64,000 nucleotides of DNA from an uncultured Chloroflexia bacterium (GCA_963757765.1 CAVWSL010000015.1:1392553-1456552), one strand, 5' to 3'; counted from the stretch's first letter, positions 10,137 through 20,155 are shown. Translations and numbers: made by a program. The notes: a model not told the origin generated them from the letters alone.

Positions 10137-12089
10137 ATGCCGGTGCGCTCACTCATCGGTCGAACGCTCGGCCGGCTCCGCGGGCGGCACCTGTTCCTGC
10201 TGGATTCCCTGGGCATCAGCGTGGGCGCTTATCTCGCCTTCGCGTTCCGGAACGTCACGGATGCGCCGGACTGGATGGTCGGGTTGGTGCTCATGGTCGT
10301 CGCCATCCACGCCCTGGTCGACATGCGCCTGGGCCTGTACACCCACGATTGGCGGTTCGCAAGCGTTCCCGATCTGGCCCGGATCGTCGTGGCTATCGCG
10401 CTCGGGACACTCATCGCGTGCGCTTCGGTGACCCTCGCGGCGGCCCTCGATCCTGGGCTGGCGCGGGTACCGCTCTCGTCCTGGCCTGTGGAACTGCTCG
10501 TCGCCCTGGCCGTCGTCGGCGGGCTGCGATTCGGCATCCGCGCCGCATTCGATTTTGCGATCGACCGACCTGGCAACGGCCATGCGGCACTGCCGACACT
10601 GCTATATGGGGCTGGCCGAGTCGGGGTGATGATGGCTCGGTCGGCACAGCGGACCCCCGCGGCCGGCGTGAGGCCAGTGGGCTTCCTCGATGATGACCCC
10701 CGGCTGGCCGGCACGACCGTGGCGGGCTTGCGGGTCTACGGTGGGCGTGACAACCTCGACGAGGCCGTCCGCGCAACCGGGGCCGAAGCCCTCCTGATCA
10801 CCGCGTCCAATGCCTCGGGCGCCGTGGTACGGCAGATCATGGAGGCCGCAGGCGCGCATAAGTTGGCCGTCAGGACCGTGCCCTCGATGGTCGAGTTGCT
10901 CGATGGCAGCGTGGACGCGTACCGAGTCCGACCCGTCCGGGTCGAGGACCTGTTGCGGCGCCCGACCGCGACCGAGCACGTGCCCGAAGTCGCGATCGCC
11001 TTCGCGGGCCGAACGGTGCTCATCACCGGCGCTGGCGGGTCGATCGGCTCGGAGCTGGCTCGACAGGTGCTCGCGGTCGGTCCCAAGCGTCTCATCCTGC
11101 TGGATCGGGCTGAAAGCGCCCTCTTCGACATCCATCGTCAGTTGCTGGAGACCCACGTCGAGACACCGGTCGAGATCGTGTCCCGCCTAGGCAATGTCGC
11201 CAGCCGGAACGCCATCGCGCGCATGATCGCGGCCGACAAGCCCGACGTGATCCTCCACGCGGCCGCCTACAAGCATGTGCCCATGATGGAGGAACACCCG
11301 TCCGATGCCGTGCACGTCAACATCGGCGGCACCGCGTCGTTGCTCGATGCCGCAGCGGCCGCAGGTGTCGAACGCTTCGTGCTCGTGTCGACCGACAAGG
11401 CGGTCAATCCGTCGAGCGTCATGGGCGCCAGCAAGCGCATCGCCGAGATGCTGGTGGCCGACACCGCACGGCGCAGTGGCCGCGCCTATGTGTCCGTCCG
11501 GTTCGGGAACGTCCTTGGCTCGAATGGCAGCGTGGTGCCCATCTTCAAGGACCAACTGGAACGCGGCCTGCCATTGACGATCACGCACCCCGAGATGACC
11601 CGCTACTTCATGACCATCCCGGAGGCATCCTGGCTCATCCTGGATGCAGCCGCGCTCGGTCAACCGGGCGACCTGTTCGTCCTGGACATGGGCCAGCCGG
11701 TCAAGGTGCTGGATCTCGCCAAGGATGTGGTCCGGCTCGCGGGGCGTGACCCCGAGACCCAGCCCATCGAGTTCATCGGTCTCCGGCCCGGAGAGAAGCT
11801 CCATGAAGAGCTGTTCTACGACACCGAGCGAGTCGTACCGACCAGCACACCCAAGGTCATGCGCGCGATCTCCGACGAGCCTCCCACGGACGTCCGTGCG
11901 AGCGTCGGGCGCCTCATGGAGTTCGCGACAGGGGACCACGACGAGGAGCTCAAGGCGGAGCTCCGGAGATGCGTGTTCAGCAAGCCGTCGGCCGACGTGG
12001 ACGCAGTGCCCCTGACAAGCTCCTGGGTGATCCCGGTTCACGGCAGTGGTGCCGAAGATAGGGTGGCAGTGGGCCGAACGAGCCTCTAG
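10137..12089 (+). CDS. Polysaccharide biosynthesis protein CapD/WbpM/PglF-like (membrane-anchored UDP-sugar 4,6-dehydratase, SDR family)
   Basis: N-terminal region has about 4 TM helices. Rossmann motif VLITGAGGSIGSEL. The conserved …ILHAAAYKHVPMME… and …FVLVSTDKAVNPSSVMGASKR…RFGNVLGSNGSV.P.F… are typical of CapD/WbpM. Confidence 0.85.
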   Translation: MPVRSLIGRTLGRLRGRHLFLLDSLGISVGAYLAFAFRNVTDAPDWMVGLVLMVVAIHALVDMRLGLYTHDWRFASVPDLARIVVAIALGTLIACASVTLAAALDPGLARVPLSSWPVELLVALAVVGGLRFGIRAAFDFAIDRPGNGHAALPTLLYGAGRVGVMMARSAQRTPAAGVRPVGFLDDDPRLAGTTVAGLRVYGGRDNLDEAVRATGAEALLITASNASGAVVRQIMEAAGAHKLAVRTVPSMVELLDGSVDAYRVRPVRVEDLLRRPTATEHVPEVAIAFAGRTVLITGAGGSIGSELARQVLAVGPKRLILLDRAESALFDIHRQLLETHVETPVEIVSRLGNVASRNAIARMIAADKPDVILHAAAYKHVPMMEEHPSDAVHVNIGGTASLLDAAAAAGVERFVLVSTDKAVNPSSVMGASKRIAEMLVADTARRSGRAYVSVRFGNVLGSNGSVVPIFKDQLERGLPLTITHPEMTRYFMTIPEASWLILDAAALGQPGDLFVLDMGQPVKVLDLAKDVVRLAGRDPETQPIEFIGLRPGEKLHEELFYDTERVVPTSTPKVMRAISDEPPTDVRASVGRLMEFATGDHDEELKAELRRCVFSKPSADVDAVPLTSSWVIPVHGSGAEDRVAVGRTSL

Positions 12090-12122
12090 GACCGCTCAGC
12101 AGCAGGGCGCCCCATCGTCGAG

Positions 12123-13493
12123 CTAGACGACCGCGGCGGTTCCGACGGGGACGGCCACCAGGGACGGCTCGACCGCAGCTCGCGCTTCCGGCGGGTACTC
12201 GACGCCGAGCGTGACCACGGTCAGGCCGGCACCGTTCGCGGCGGTCCGATCGACGATCCGTCGTGCATCCGCGACGACGGTGCCGCGCATCCCGGCGGCG
12301 ATGGAGGCCCAGTCGAGGCCCGCGAACTCCGGCCACTCCGTACCCACTACGACCGCATCCGCCCCGAGCGCGGCCGCGGCCGCGGAACCGACACCCTGGA
12401 TGCTCACGCCATCTCGCGCCAGCTGCGCCACCCCGGCATCGGTCGCCACAGGGTCGAACGCGACCACCGTCGCGCCACGCGCCACGAGCACCTCCGCAAG
12501 ACGCAGCGCCGGTGACTCCCGGAGATCATCCGTGCCCGCCTTGAAGGTCAGACCCAGCAATCCGACCCGAGCCCCATCGAGCGTTCGGCCGGCGACGTGC
12601 TCGAGGCGATCGACGATCCAGAGCGCCTGCTGGTGATTCGAGGCGGCGACCGAAGCGATGAGCGGCGTCACCACGCCGTGATGGAGGGCAAGATCGGGCA
12701 GCGCCCGCACCTGCGACGGGAAGCACGATCCGCCGAAGCCCGGCCCGGGGGTCAGGAAGGACCGCCCGATGCGCGCGTCGAGGCCCATGCCGTCGACGAC
12801 GGCGTGGACATCGGCACCCGTCGCCGCGCACAACCGCGCGAGCTCATTGGCGAAGCTGATCTTCGCCGCCAGGAACACGTTCGACGCGAGCTTGATGGTC
12901 TCGGCACTCGTGAGGTCCGTATCCACGATCGGCTTGGCCATCGGTGCGTACAGCTCATGGAGCTCCGCCACGAGCCGGTCGGCATCGGGCTCGGCGCCCA
13001 CGACCACCCGGTCGGGCTCCAGGAAGTCACGCACGGCGTTGGCTTCGCGCGTGAACTCGGGGTTGAAGCACACCCGCATCCGTGGGTCGATCTCACGCAC
13101 CATGGTGGCCAGGCGTGTCGCGGTGCCCGGCATGAGGGTGCTCCGGATGACGAGGTGACGGGGTGCGCCAGGGTCACGGGCGACCCCGATCACGGCCTGC
13201 TCGACCAGCGCCGCCGTCCATTCACCCGCGCGGTCCAGGGTGCCGACCGCGACGATGACGAGCGCGGTGCCGTGCGTTGCTGCGGGCTCCGCGTGGAACG
13301 ACAGGCGATCCGACGCCAGACCCTCGCTCACCAACGTGTCGAGCCCCGGCTCGTGGATCGGGACATCCCCGGCTCGCAATCGCTCGACACGAGCGGCATC
13401 GATGTCGACGACCCGGACCTCATTGCCAAGATGAGCGAGGCAGGCTGCTGTGACGAGGCCGACATAGCCGGCGCCGATGACGCTGATGAGCAT
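12123..13493 (-). CDS. Nucleotide-sugar dehydrogenase (UDP-glucose/UDP-N-acetyl-mannosamine 6-dehydrogenase family)
   Basis: N-terminal GxGxxG motif MLISVIGAGYVGLVTAACLA. The central region has a catalytic Cys (…GFGGSCFPSQV…). The C-terminal region is a UDP-binding domain. Start set at the internal Met (13493) rather than the ORF Met (13544). Confidence 0.85.
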   Translation of the reverse strand: MLISVIGAGYVGLVTAACLAHLGNEVRVVDIDAARVERLRAGDVPIHEPGLDTLVSEGLASDRLSFHAEPAATHGTALVIVAVGTLDRAGEWTAALVEQAVIGVARDPGAPRHLVIRSTLMPGTATRLATMVREIDPRMRVCFNPEFTREANAVRDFLEPDRVVVGAEPDADRLVAELHELYAPMAKPIVDTDLTSAETIKLASNVFLAAKISFANELARLCAATGADVHAVVDGMGLDARIGRSFLTPGPGFGGSCFPSQVRALPDLALHHGVVTPLIASVAASNHQQALWIVDRLEHVAGRTLDGARVGLLGLTFKAGTDDLRESPALRLAEVLVARGATVVAFDPVATDAGVAQLARDGVSIQGVGSAAAAALGADAVVVGTEWPEFAGLDWASIAAGMRGTVVADARRIVDRTAANGAGLTVVTLGVEYPPEARAAVEPSLVAVPVGTAAVV

Positions 13494-13543
13494 CTGGGAA
13501 GGGTACCGCAGGTCGCTGTTCGGCCGAACGGGCGGCTGGCCCA

Positions 13544-13909
13544 TCAGGCGGTGCGCCAGGCCTTCCAGGTCGTCTCGTCGATGCCGACCGTGAAGTCGTC
13601 GCCGAAGCGTGCCAGGGGCAGCCGCAGCAACCGCGGATCAGCGAGCAACCGGTCGAACACCTCCGTGTCGTCCATCCGCAGGTATGCCAGACCGGCGTCG
13701 CGATAGGCCTGGGACTCCGTATCGAGGAGCGCACGCGCACCCAGCTTGTGTGCGAATCGGCGGAGCTCCGTGGGCGCCGGCGGCCGCACCAGGAGGTCCA
13801 CGAGACTCACCGCGACACGTCGCTCCTTGAAGAATCGGATGGCCCGCTGCGTCGGCCGGGAATCCTTCCGGCCGAAGAGCTGGACGGTGGCCCCGGGCGC
13901 AGCGGCCAT
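13544..13909 (-). CDS. ArsC/Spx-family protein (glutaredoxin-like arsenate reductase family, YffB-like)
   Basis: …VQLFGRKDSRPTQRAIRFFKERRV… is the typical ArsC-family N-terminus with a thioredoxin-like fold. The protein is 121 aa. Confidence 0.7.
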   Translation of the reverse strand: MAAAPGATVQLFGRKDSRPTQRAIRFFKERRVAVSLVDLLVRPPAPTELRRFAHKLGARALLDTESQAYRDAGLAYLRMDDTEVFDRLLADPRLLRLPLARFGDDFTVGIDETTWKAWRTA

Positions 13910-13948
13910 ACCGCAGATCGATCCCGGGGTCGATACCTGGAGCTGCTG

Positions 13949-14263
13949 TCAGACGCTCGCGTTGGCCGGCTTACGGCCGCGCTTCGACTTGCGTTCGGGC
14001 GTCAACTTGGCGATGTAGAAACCTTTCTCCGACTTGCGGATGACGATCTCCACCTCTGCTGCCTTGGAGGCACGCAGGAGCTGCTGCCGTACTGTCAACG
14101 GCTTCTCGCCATCCTCGAGGATGACCTCGTATACGACCGATTCATCGGTGATCGTCTTGATCTTGTCGATGAGCGCCTTCTGCTCCGGGCTCGGTTGACG
14201 TCCCACGGGCCGCTTCTTCTCCTGCTCGAGCACCGATGCGTCCACGCGTCGAAACCTGACCAT
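13949..14263 (-). CDS. Hypothetical protein with basic Lys/Arg-rich C-terminal tail (104 aa)
   Basis: An internal Met at 14263 is preceded by a G-rich RBS (GGGGGGAA). The sequence MVRFRRVDASVLEQEKK…KSKRGRKPANASV has no recognised family. Confidence 0.5.
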   Translation of the reverse strand: MVRFRRVDASVLEQEKKRPVGRQPSPEQKALIDKIKTITDESVVYEVILEDGEKPLTVRQQLLRASKAAEVEIVIRKSEKGFYIAKLTPERKSKRGRKPANASV

Positions 14264-14363
14264 GATGATTCCCCCCGATATGTCGTTCGGCACGATATCT
14301 GACCACACATCATGGTACGGCAGGTGATGGGTCTGGGGTGGGGCCAATGAAACCGTCGCCGCA

Positions 14364-15944
14364 GTGGTTGTGAAGCGCCTACGTGTCATGATCGTGACCG
14401 TCTGCGTGGCGAAGCTGTCCGGTCCGGGGTGTCGAAGCTGTCCCGTTCGGGGTGGCGTACCTGCGCCCGCGCAAGGTCGCTGCTACGCTGCGGCGGTGCC
14501 GAGTTGGAACGGGTCCGCAGACCGCACCCGGTGGCGGCGTACGATATCGGTCGCCGCCGTCGCGGCAGGCGCGGCATCCCTGGCACCGGGCGTCGCCAGC
14601 GCCCACACCATCACCGGCAAGGTCGACTCGCCGCTCCCCTTTGTGGCCTACCTGGCGGGCGCGGCCATCGCCGTTGCGGGCTCGTTCTTCATCATGGCCG
14701 CGAGCGATCCGGGCCCACCGAAGCCCCGACCACCGGGTCGTGTCCGGACCGTGCCGCGGCCCGTTCGCCTGGCGCTGCGGAGCATCGGGCTCATCGCATG
14801 GCTCTGGGTCGTCGCCCAGTCGGTGACCGGCGGGTCGAGCGATGCCGATGTCGCATCCCTCTTCCTGTGGACCTACGGCTGGGTCGGCCTGGCACTCGTG
14901 AGCGCGTTCCTGGGGCCGGTCTGGTCCTGGATCGACCCCTTCACGACGCTCTACGACCTCATCGCCGCGACCGGTCGTCGACTGGGCCTCTCCGGGCCCC
15001 AGCCACAACCGTGGCCGCAGCGACTGGGCCTGTGGGCAGCGGTCGCGGGCCTGACCTTCTTCATCTGGCTGGAGCTCGTAGCGCGGGTGCTCCAGGGCCG
15101 GCCGCTCGCCCTCGTGCTCATCGGCTACACCGCGATCACGCTCCTGGGTATGGCCCAGTTCGGACGCGATGCGTGGCGCAGCCGGGCTGAGACGTTCACG
15201 GTCTGGTTCGGGGTGCTCGGTCGTCTGGCGCCATTCGCGCTCGTCGACAAGCCCGCCGATGGCCGGGTGGTGCGGCGACCGATCGCATCGGGCCTCATCA
15301 CCAGCGGCTGGCCACTCGAGGTCGTGGTCCTGGTCGCCCTGGGAACCGGCTCCATCATCTACGACGGCCTGTCACAGACGACCGGTTTCTTCAGCCTCTT
15401 CGGCTTCCCCGCGATCCCCCTTGGCACGCTCATCCTGGGCGCCTTCCTGGGTGGCCTGACGGCGCTGGTGCTGCTCGTCGCCCGGAGCGTCGGGCTGGCG
15501 GCCATGGGCGCAGGCCTGCTGCCCGTCGCGATGGGCTACCTCATCGCCCACTACCTCTCGGCGCTGGTCATCGATGGACAGCGGATCATCGTCGCGGTCT
15601 CCGACCCGTTCCAGCAGGGTTGGGACCTCGTTGGGACGGCGTTCTACGAGCCCAGCGCTGGGTGGCTACCGACGAGCGCCCTCTGGAGCCTCCAGGTGGG
15701 CGCCGTGGTCATCGGCCACATCGTGGGTGCCTGGGCCGGGCACGCTGTCGCGCGCTCCGAGGGCGCCGCGACTGGGGGTGTCGCTGCCGGGACCGGGGGC
15801 CGCCGGAGCGCGATCGGGGGCCAGCTGCCCCTAGCGCTGCTGATGGTCGGACTGACGACCCTCACCCTCTGGTCACTCGGCCAGAACCTCGTGTTCGAGC
15901 AACCTGTGGAGCACCAGGTCCCGGCGGTCGTCGGCGCACCCTGA
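14364..15944 (+). CDS. Polytopic integral membrane protein (more than 10 predicted TM helices), unknown family
   Basis: Long hydrophobic ORF with consistently high third-position GC. The true start may be GTG 14496, which gives a Sec-type signal/anchor (RTRWRRTISVAAVAAGAASLAPGVASA). Confidence 0.65.
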   Translation: MVVKRLRVMIVTVCVAKLSGPGCRSCPVRGGVPAPAQGRCYAAAVPSWNGSADRTRWRRTISVAAVAAGAASLAPGVASAHTITGKVDSPLPFVAYLAGAAIAVAGSFFIMAASDPGPPKPRPPGRVRTVPRPVRLALRSIGLIAWLWVVAQSVTGGSSDADVASLFLWTYGWVGLALVSAFLGPVWSWIDPFTTLYDLIAATGRRLGLSGPQPQPWPQRLGLWAAVAGLTFFIWLELVARVLQGRPLALVLIGYTAITLLGMAQFGRDAWRSRAETFTVWFGVLGRLAPFALVDKPADGRVVRRPIASGLITSGWPLEVVVLVALGTGSIIYDGLSQTTGFFSLFGFPAIPLGTLILGAFLGGLTALVLLVARSVGLAAMGAGLLPVAMGYLIAHYLSALVIDGQRIIVAVSDPFQQGWDLVGTAFYEPSAGWLPTSALWSLQVGAVVIGHIVGAWAGHAVARSEGAATGGVAAGTGGRRSAIGGQLPLALLMVGLTTLTLWSLGQNLVFEQPVEHQVPAVVGAP

Positions 15945-15989
15945 ACGCAGCACCCGACCCGCGCCGGTGCACCGCGACCTGCCGATGCG

Positions 15990-16295
15990 CTACAGCGACA
16001 GGATGCCCAGGATCGCCGACCAGCCAAGGGCGATGCCGACGACCAGCGCGTCGTCGATGCGACCGAGTCGCTGGAACCGCCGATACAGCATCGGGGTCGC
16101 GATGAGCGTGGCCACCACGGTCAGCGTCGTCGACTGCGTGCTCACCACGATCCCGAGCACGAGCGCCGGGATCGTCAGGCATGTCGCCGCCATCCAGCCG
16201 GTCACCCCCGCGACCGCGAGCCAGGCGAGACGCCGACGCACGGCCACGTGGGGCGCCGCGGAGGTCGGCCGGGCACCGACGCGGATAGCCGCCAT
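15990..16295 (-). CDS. Hypothetical small membrane protein (2-3 TM)
   Basis: This is the 3'-terminal 101 codons of the long GC-artefact ORF 15990-17891. Only this part is hydrophobic and non-Arg-rich (…LTIPALVLGIVVSTQSTTLTVVATLIATPMLY…). Confidence 0.3.
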   Translation of the reverse strand: MAAIRVGARPTSAAPHVAVRRRLAWLAVAGVTGWMAATCLTIPALVLGIVVSTQSTTLTVVATLIATPMLYRRFQRLGRIDDALVVGIALGWSAILGILSL

Positions 16296-16764
16296 GGGGA
16301 TCCTCCGGGGAGGGATGGAGCCCGGACGTTGGCCTCCAGCGCCCGGGCATGGAGCGGATGAGGTCGTCACGCTAGCATCGGGACCTTCGGGGGACCTCCC
16401 CACGTGACCATGCGCTGGTGCCCACGGACACCATGGATCGAAATCGCGCCCAGGACGATGTCCCAGGCCGTCCGATCCGGGTCCGGCTATCGCATCATGG
16501 GGTTCGCCGGGAAGGTCGACGCGACGGTCTGGGACGTCGCTCCCTTCCCGGCGCTCGCCGGTGCCGGCGGATGGGCGATGGGCTCGGCCGAGCCTCCTGG
16601 GCACAGTGCTCGTTGACCCCGGGCACCAACCGGACTTTCGTACCAAGGCCCCCCCACCGCCCGCTGGAGCATGTTGCTGGTGGTCGCGGCCGGCGGGTGC
16701 TCCCAGAAGTTCCCGCCGGCCCGGCCACTCGGGACGGATCGTATGAGACGGGGGAACTACATAG

Positions 16765-17028
16765 ATGTCGCGTGTGATGATCGTCTGTCCGGTGACGGAA
16801 CGACTGGTGCCCACGAGGTATGAGGCGGAGCCGGGCCGAGCGTTCCGCCGGCGGCTGCCCGAGAGTGGCAGTGTCGTCTGCGATGCCTGCACCCGACGAC
16901 ACGCCTGGTTCCGCGCCGAGACCCTGCTCGAGGGCCAACCGCGCCCGAAGACTCGTCTCGAGGTCGAGCCGCGCTCGACGCAGCCACGCTGGGTGCTGCG
17001 GCATGTGGACGGCATGGGTCGCCGCTGA
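16765..17028 (+). CDS. Hypothetical Cys-containing small protein (87 aa)
   Basis: RBS GGGGGAA-N7-ATG. Three Cys residues (CPVT…C..C). It lies in an 850-bp gap with no other convincing ORF. Confidence 0.35.
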   Translation: MSRVMIVCPVTERLVPTRYEAEPGRAFRRRLPESGSVVCDACTRRHAWFRAETLLEGQPRPKTRLEVEPRSTQPRWVLRHVDGMGRR

Positions 17029-17156
17029 CCGAGGGCTGGCGGCCCACGTCTCGAGCGTGCGGCGGACCGGCGGCCAGACAGGGCTCGGCGGGGCGGCTCC
17101 GGCGGGGCGGGCGTGGCGGGGCGGCTCCGGCGGGGCGGGCGTGGCAGACTCCGTCG

Positions 17157-18074
17157 ATGTCGGAGAGCGGCACCCATCCCATCGAGAGCATCTGGCGGCC
17201 GGGCTACCCGGTGGACGTCCGGCGCATCCTCTGGCCGCTGCGTCACGGTCCGGGCGACCCGACGTTCCGGAGCGCCGCTGCAGGCGTCTGGCGCGCCACA
17301 CGGACGCCGCAGGGTCCCGCCTCCATCCTCCTGGAACCGATCGCTGGCACCATCCGGGCTCGCGCCTGGGGCCCCGGGGCCCGATACCTGATGGAGACAT
17401 TGCCCCGGTTCCTGGGTGATTCGGACGCACCGACGGCGTTCCGGCCGCAGACCGGGCTCCTGCGTGACCTGGTCCGGCGCTTCCCGGGGCTGCGCTTCGG
17501 GCGTACGGACCGAGTGCTCGAATCGCTGGTGCCCGCGATCTGCGAGCAGAAGGTGACCGGCCTCGAGGCGACGCGCGCGTTCCGGGCCATCGTGCTCTGG
17601 TTCGGCGAGCCGGCACCCGGACCTGCCGACCTCCGATTGCCACCATCCGCGGAGCGACTGGCGGTACTCGCCGATCACCAGCTCCATCCGGCCGGCCTGG
17701 AGCAACGACGCGCCTCCACCATCCGGCGAGCGGCGCATCGCGCCGGCTGGCTCGAGGCGGCCGGGAGCCTCTCCGCTGCGGCCGCGCTGGCACGACTGCA
17801 GGCGATCCCGGGCATCGGACCCTGGACGGCCGCCGAGACGGCACGCTCGGCCTTCGGCGACCCGGACGCGGTGAGCGTGGGTGACTTCCACCTGCCGAAC
17901 CTGGTCAGCTGGGCGCTCGCGGGCGAGCCGCGCGGCGACGATGCCCGGATGCTGGAGCTCCTCGATGCGTACCCAGGTCAGCGGGCGCGCGTGGTCCGGC
18001 TGCTGGAGCTGTCAGGCATCCGGGCCCCACGGTACGGGCCGCGGATGGCGGTACGCAGCATCGCGTCCATCTGA
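17157..18074 (+). CDS. alkA: DNA-3-methyladenine glycosylase II (AlkA-like, HhH-GPD superfamily)
   Basis: HhH-GPD signature …LQAIPGIGPWTAAE…VGDFHLPNLV… and the AlkA-type N-terminal domain. Confidence 0.75.
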   Translation: MSESGTHPIESIWRPGYPVDVRRILWPLRHGPGDPTFRSAAAGVWRATRTPQGPASILLEPIAGTIRARAWGPGARYLMETLPRFLGDSDAPTAFRPQTGLLRDLVRRFPGLRFGRTDRVLESLVPAICEQKVTGLEATRAFRAIVLWFGEPAPGPADLRLPPSAERLAVLADHQLHPAGLEQRRASTIRRAAHRAGWLEAAGSLSAAAALARLQAIPGIGPWTAAETARSAFGDPDAVSVGDFHLPNLVSWALAGEPRGDDARMLELLDAYPGQRARVVRLLELSGIRAPRYGPRMAVRSIASI

Positions 18075-18118
18075 GGGCGACCTCGCGTCTCGCGACGAGG
18101 GCAACTCAACGTCGTGTC

Positions 18119-18307
18119 TCAGGGGGCGGCGGGTGTCCCCGCGGCCGAGGGCTCCTCGGCGGCCGCGATGGCGACCTCGATGCGCGCGATCTCCTCGCAC
18201 GCCTTGCGATAGTCGTCGCTCCCCAGTGGCGCCGCGTCACGCTGCCGCCGCGCCTCCACATGCTGCTCCATCAACCGGGTACGCGTGGGTGAGACGGGCG
18301 TGCTCAT
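18119..18307 (-). CDS. Hypothetical small protein (62 aa) downstream of ABC-2 permease
   Basis: RBS GAGGAG 5 nt before ATG. It is co-directional with the ABC genes and 47 bp from them. Confidence 0.4.
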   Translation of the reverse strand: MSTPVSPTRTRLMEQHVEARRQRDAAPLGSDDYRKACEEIARIEVAIAAAEEPSAAGTPAAP

Positions 18308-18353
18308 CGATGCTCCTCGGGTCTCGATGCGGGGATGCTGGAAGGATGCCGCA

Positions 18354-19103
18354 TCAGGCGCGTGGCTCCCAGGTGAAGGTGCGCATGGCGACCACGAGGC
18401 CCAGGATGCCCCAGCCGATGATCCACACCAGGTCGACCGGGTCGAACGGGTGGACGACCGGGTTCCAGACCGCCTGGAGCGCGTTCGCAAGATGCCGGAT
18501 GGGGAACAGGTCGCCGATGGTCGCGAGCACGGACGACTCGTCGAGGCGCACGAATACGTCCGAGATGAAATAGAGCGGCAGCACCGTGGCGTTGACGATG
18601 GCGGGCGCGGCGGCGGCATTGGGGATGAGGCCGACCATGGCGAGGCCCAGGGCACAGAACGAGGCGCCGGCCACGACGAGCACGACGATGAGCAGCGGCA
18701 GCTGGTCGAGCGGCAACGCGACCCCGAAGAACAGCCGCCCGGTGATCGCCACGATGACCACCAGCAGGAGCGCCACGAGCACCGACTGGAGCATCCGCGC
18801 GATGAGGTAGGCCCAGCCGGGCAGGGGCGTGCCGCGCACCCGCTTGAGGATGCCCTCGTCGCGTGCGAGGCTGACCGTCATGGCGATGCTCGTGTAGCAC
18901 GCGTTGACGATCGAGAACGTGATGATCGCTGGCGTGTAGAACTGCGCCGCCGCCGCGCTCCCCTCGTCGCCCGCCAGGATGAGGTTGAACAGGACCATGA
19001 AGATGAGCGGGAACGCGAACGTGAAGAATGCCGCGGCCGGGTTGCGCCAGAAGGCGGTGTTCTCGTACCGGACCTGGCGGCCGATGAGCCGCGCGACGGT
19101 CAT
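18354..19103 (-). CDS. ABC-2 family transporter permease
   Basis: Six TM helices with the ABC-2 profile. Its start overlaps the stop of the ATPase gene by 4 nt. Confidence 0.85.
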   Translation of the reverse strand: MTVARLIGRQVRYENTAFWRNPAAAFFTFAFPLIFMVLFNLILAGDEGSAAAAQFYTPAIITFSIVNACYTSIAMTVSLARDEGILKRVRGTPLPGWAYLIARMLQSVLVALLLVVIVAITGRLFFGVALPLDQLPLLIVVLVVAGASFCALGLAMVGLIPNAAAAPAIVNATVLPLYFISDVFVRLDESSVLATIGDLFPIRHLANALQAVWNPVVHPFDPVDLVWIIGWGILGLVVAMRTFTWEPRA

Positions 19104-20116
19104 CGTCGGCCCCGTCGTGATGACCGACCGCCAGCCGCCCCGGCGGCAGCCGCCTCATCGCCATGGCCGTCCGGTCCGACGAGTGCCAGGTAGGCGTCCT
19201 CCAGCGTCGGGCGGGTGACCGTCAGATCCTCGAACACGAAGCCGGCGGTGATGGCCCAGCCAGTCAGCTCGTGGACCAGCTCCGTAGGTCGGTCGGTCCG
19301 CAGCTCGAGCATGCCGTCGGCCGACCGTGTCACCGCAGCTGCGAGCGCGTCCGGCAGGTCGGTCGCTGTCGCCGGGGGTCGTGCCCTGATGAGGGTCAGG
19401 GCGGCGTCGCCATCCACCACCTCGTCGGGCGTACCCTCGACGACGATACGGCCATCGACGATGACCGCGAGCCGGTCGGCGAGGACCTGCGCTTCGTCCA
19501 TGAAGTGGGTCGTCAGCAGGACCGTCCGTCCCGTGCCCACGAGCCGCTGCACCATGTCCCATGCCTGCCGTCGGGCCGTCGGATCGAAGCCGGTCGTGGG
19601 CTCGTCGAGGAACAGCAGCTCCGGGTCGCCGGCGAGCGCGACCGCAAGATCAAGGCGCCGTCGCTGGCCACCGGAGAGCTTGCGCACCCGGACATCGGCC
19701 TGGTCCGTGAGGCCGACGAGGTCGAGCAGCTCGTCCACCGGTCGAGGCGCCGGGTAGTAGCCGCGGTACAGCCGCAGGACCTCGACGACCGACAGGTACC
19801 GCTCGATGCCCGTGGTCTGGAGGCAGATGCCGACACGCTCCTGGAGGCGGCGATCCCGCTGTCCCGGATCGTGACCGAGGACCGAGACATCGCCCTGGGT
19901 GCGGCTGCGGTATCCCTCGAGGATCTCCATGGTCGTGGTCTTGCCGGCGCCATTGGGCCCCAACAGCGCGAACACCTCGCCCCGTCGGACCTCGAGGTCG
20001 ATGCCCTTGACCGCCTCCAGGTCGCCATAGGACTTGCGCAGCCCGCGCACCCGCACGACGGGCTCGGCGGTCGCAGCAGCTACGGCGGTGGTCACGGCAT
20101 TCCCGAGTGTAGCCAC
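19100..20116 (-). CDS. ABC transporter ATP-binding protein (partner of ABC-2 permease)
   Basis: Walker A GPNGAGKTT, the signature LSGGQRRR, and Walker B LLFLDEPT. The ORF extends to ATG 20233, but that would overlap the divergent gene; GTG 20116 or 20095 is the more likely start. Confidence 0.85.
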   Translation of the reverse strand: MATLGNAVTTAVAAATAEPVVRVRGLRKSYGDLEAVKGIDLEVRRGEVFALLGPNGAGKTTTMEILEGYRSRTQGDVSVLGHDPGQRDRRLQERVGICLQTTGIERYLSVVEVLRLYRGYYPAPRPVDELLDLVGLTDQADVRVRKLSGGQRRRLDLAVALAGDPELLFLDEPTTGFDPTARRQAWDMVQRLVGTGRTVLLTTHFMDEAQVLADRLAVIVDGRIVVEGTPDEVVDGDAALTLIRARPPATATDLPDALAAAVTRSADGMLELRTDRPTELVHELTGWAITAGFVFEDLTVTRPTLEDAYLALVGPDGHGDEAAAAGAAGGRSSRRGRR

Positions 20117-20155
20117 GATCGCCAACCGGCCCCGGGTTCGTGTCAGAGTTCCGCG

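Noticed and set aside
15990-17891. 633-aa and 449-aa minus-strand ORFs (15990-17891, 16495-17844)
   Set aside because: Extremely Arg/Pro/Gly-rich with no domain pattern. They are antisense to the well-supported alkA gene. Only the last 101 codons were kept as a low-confidence membrane protein.
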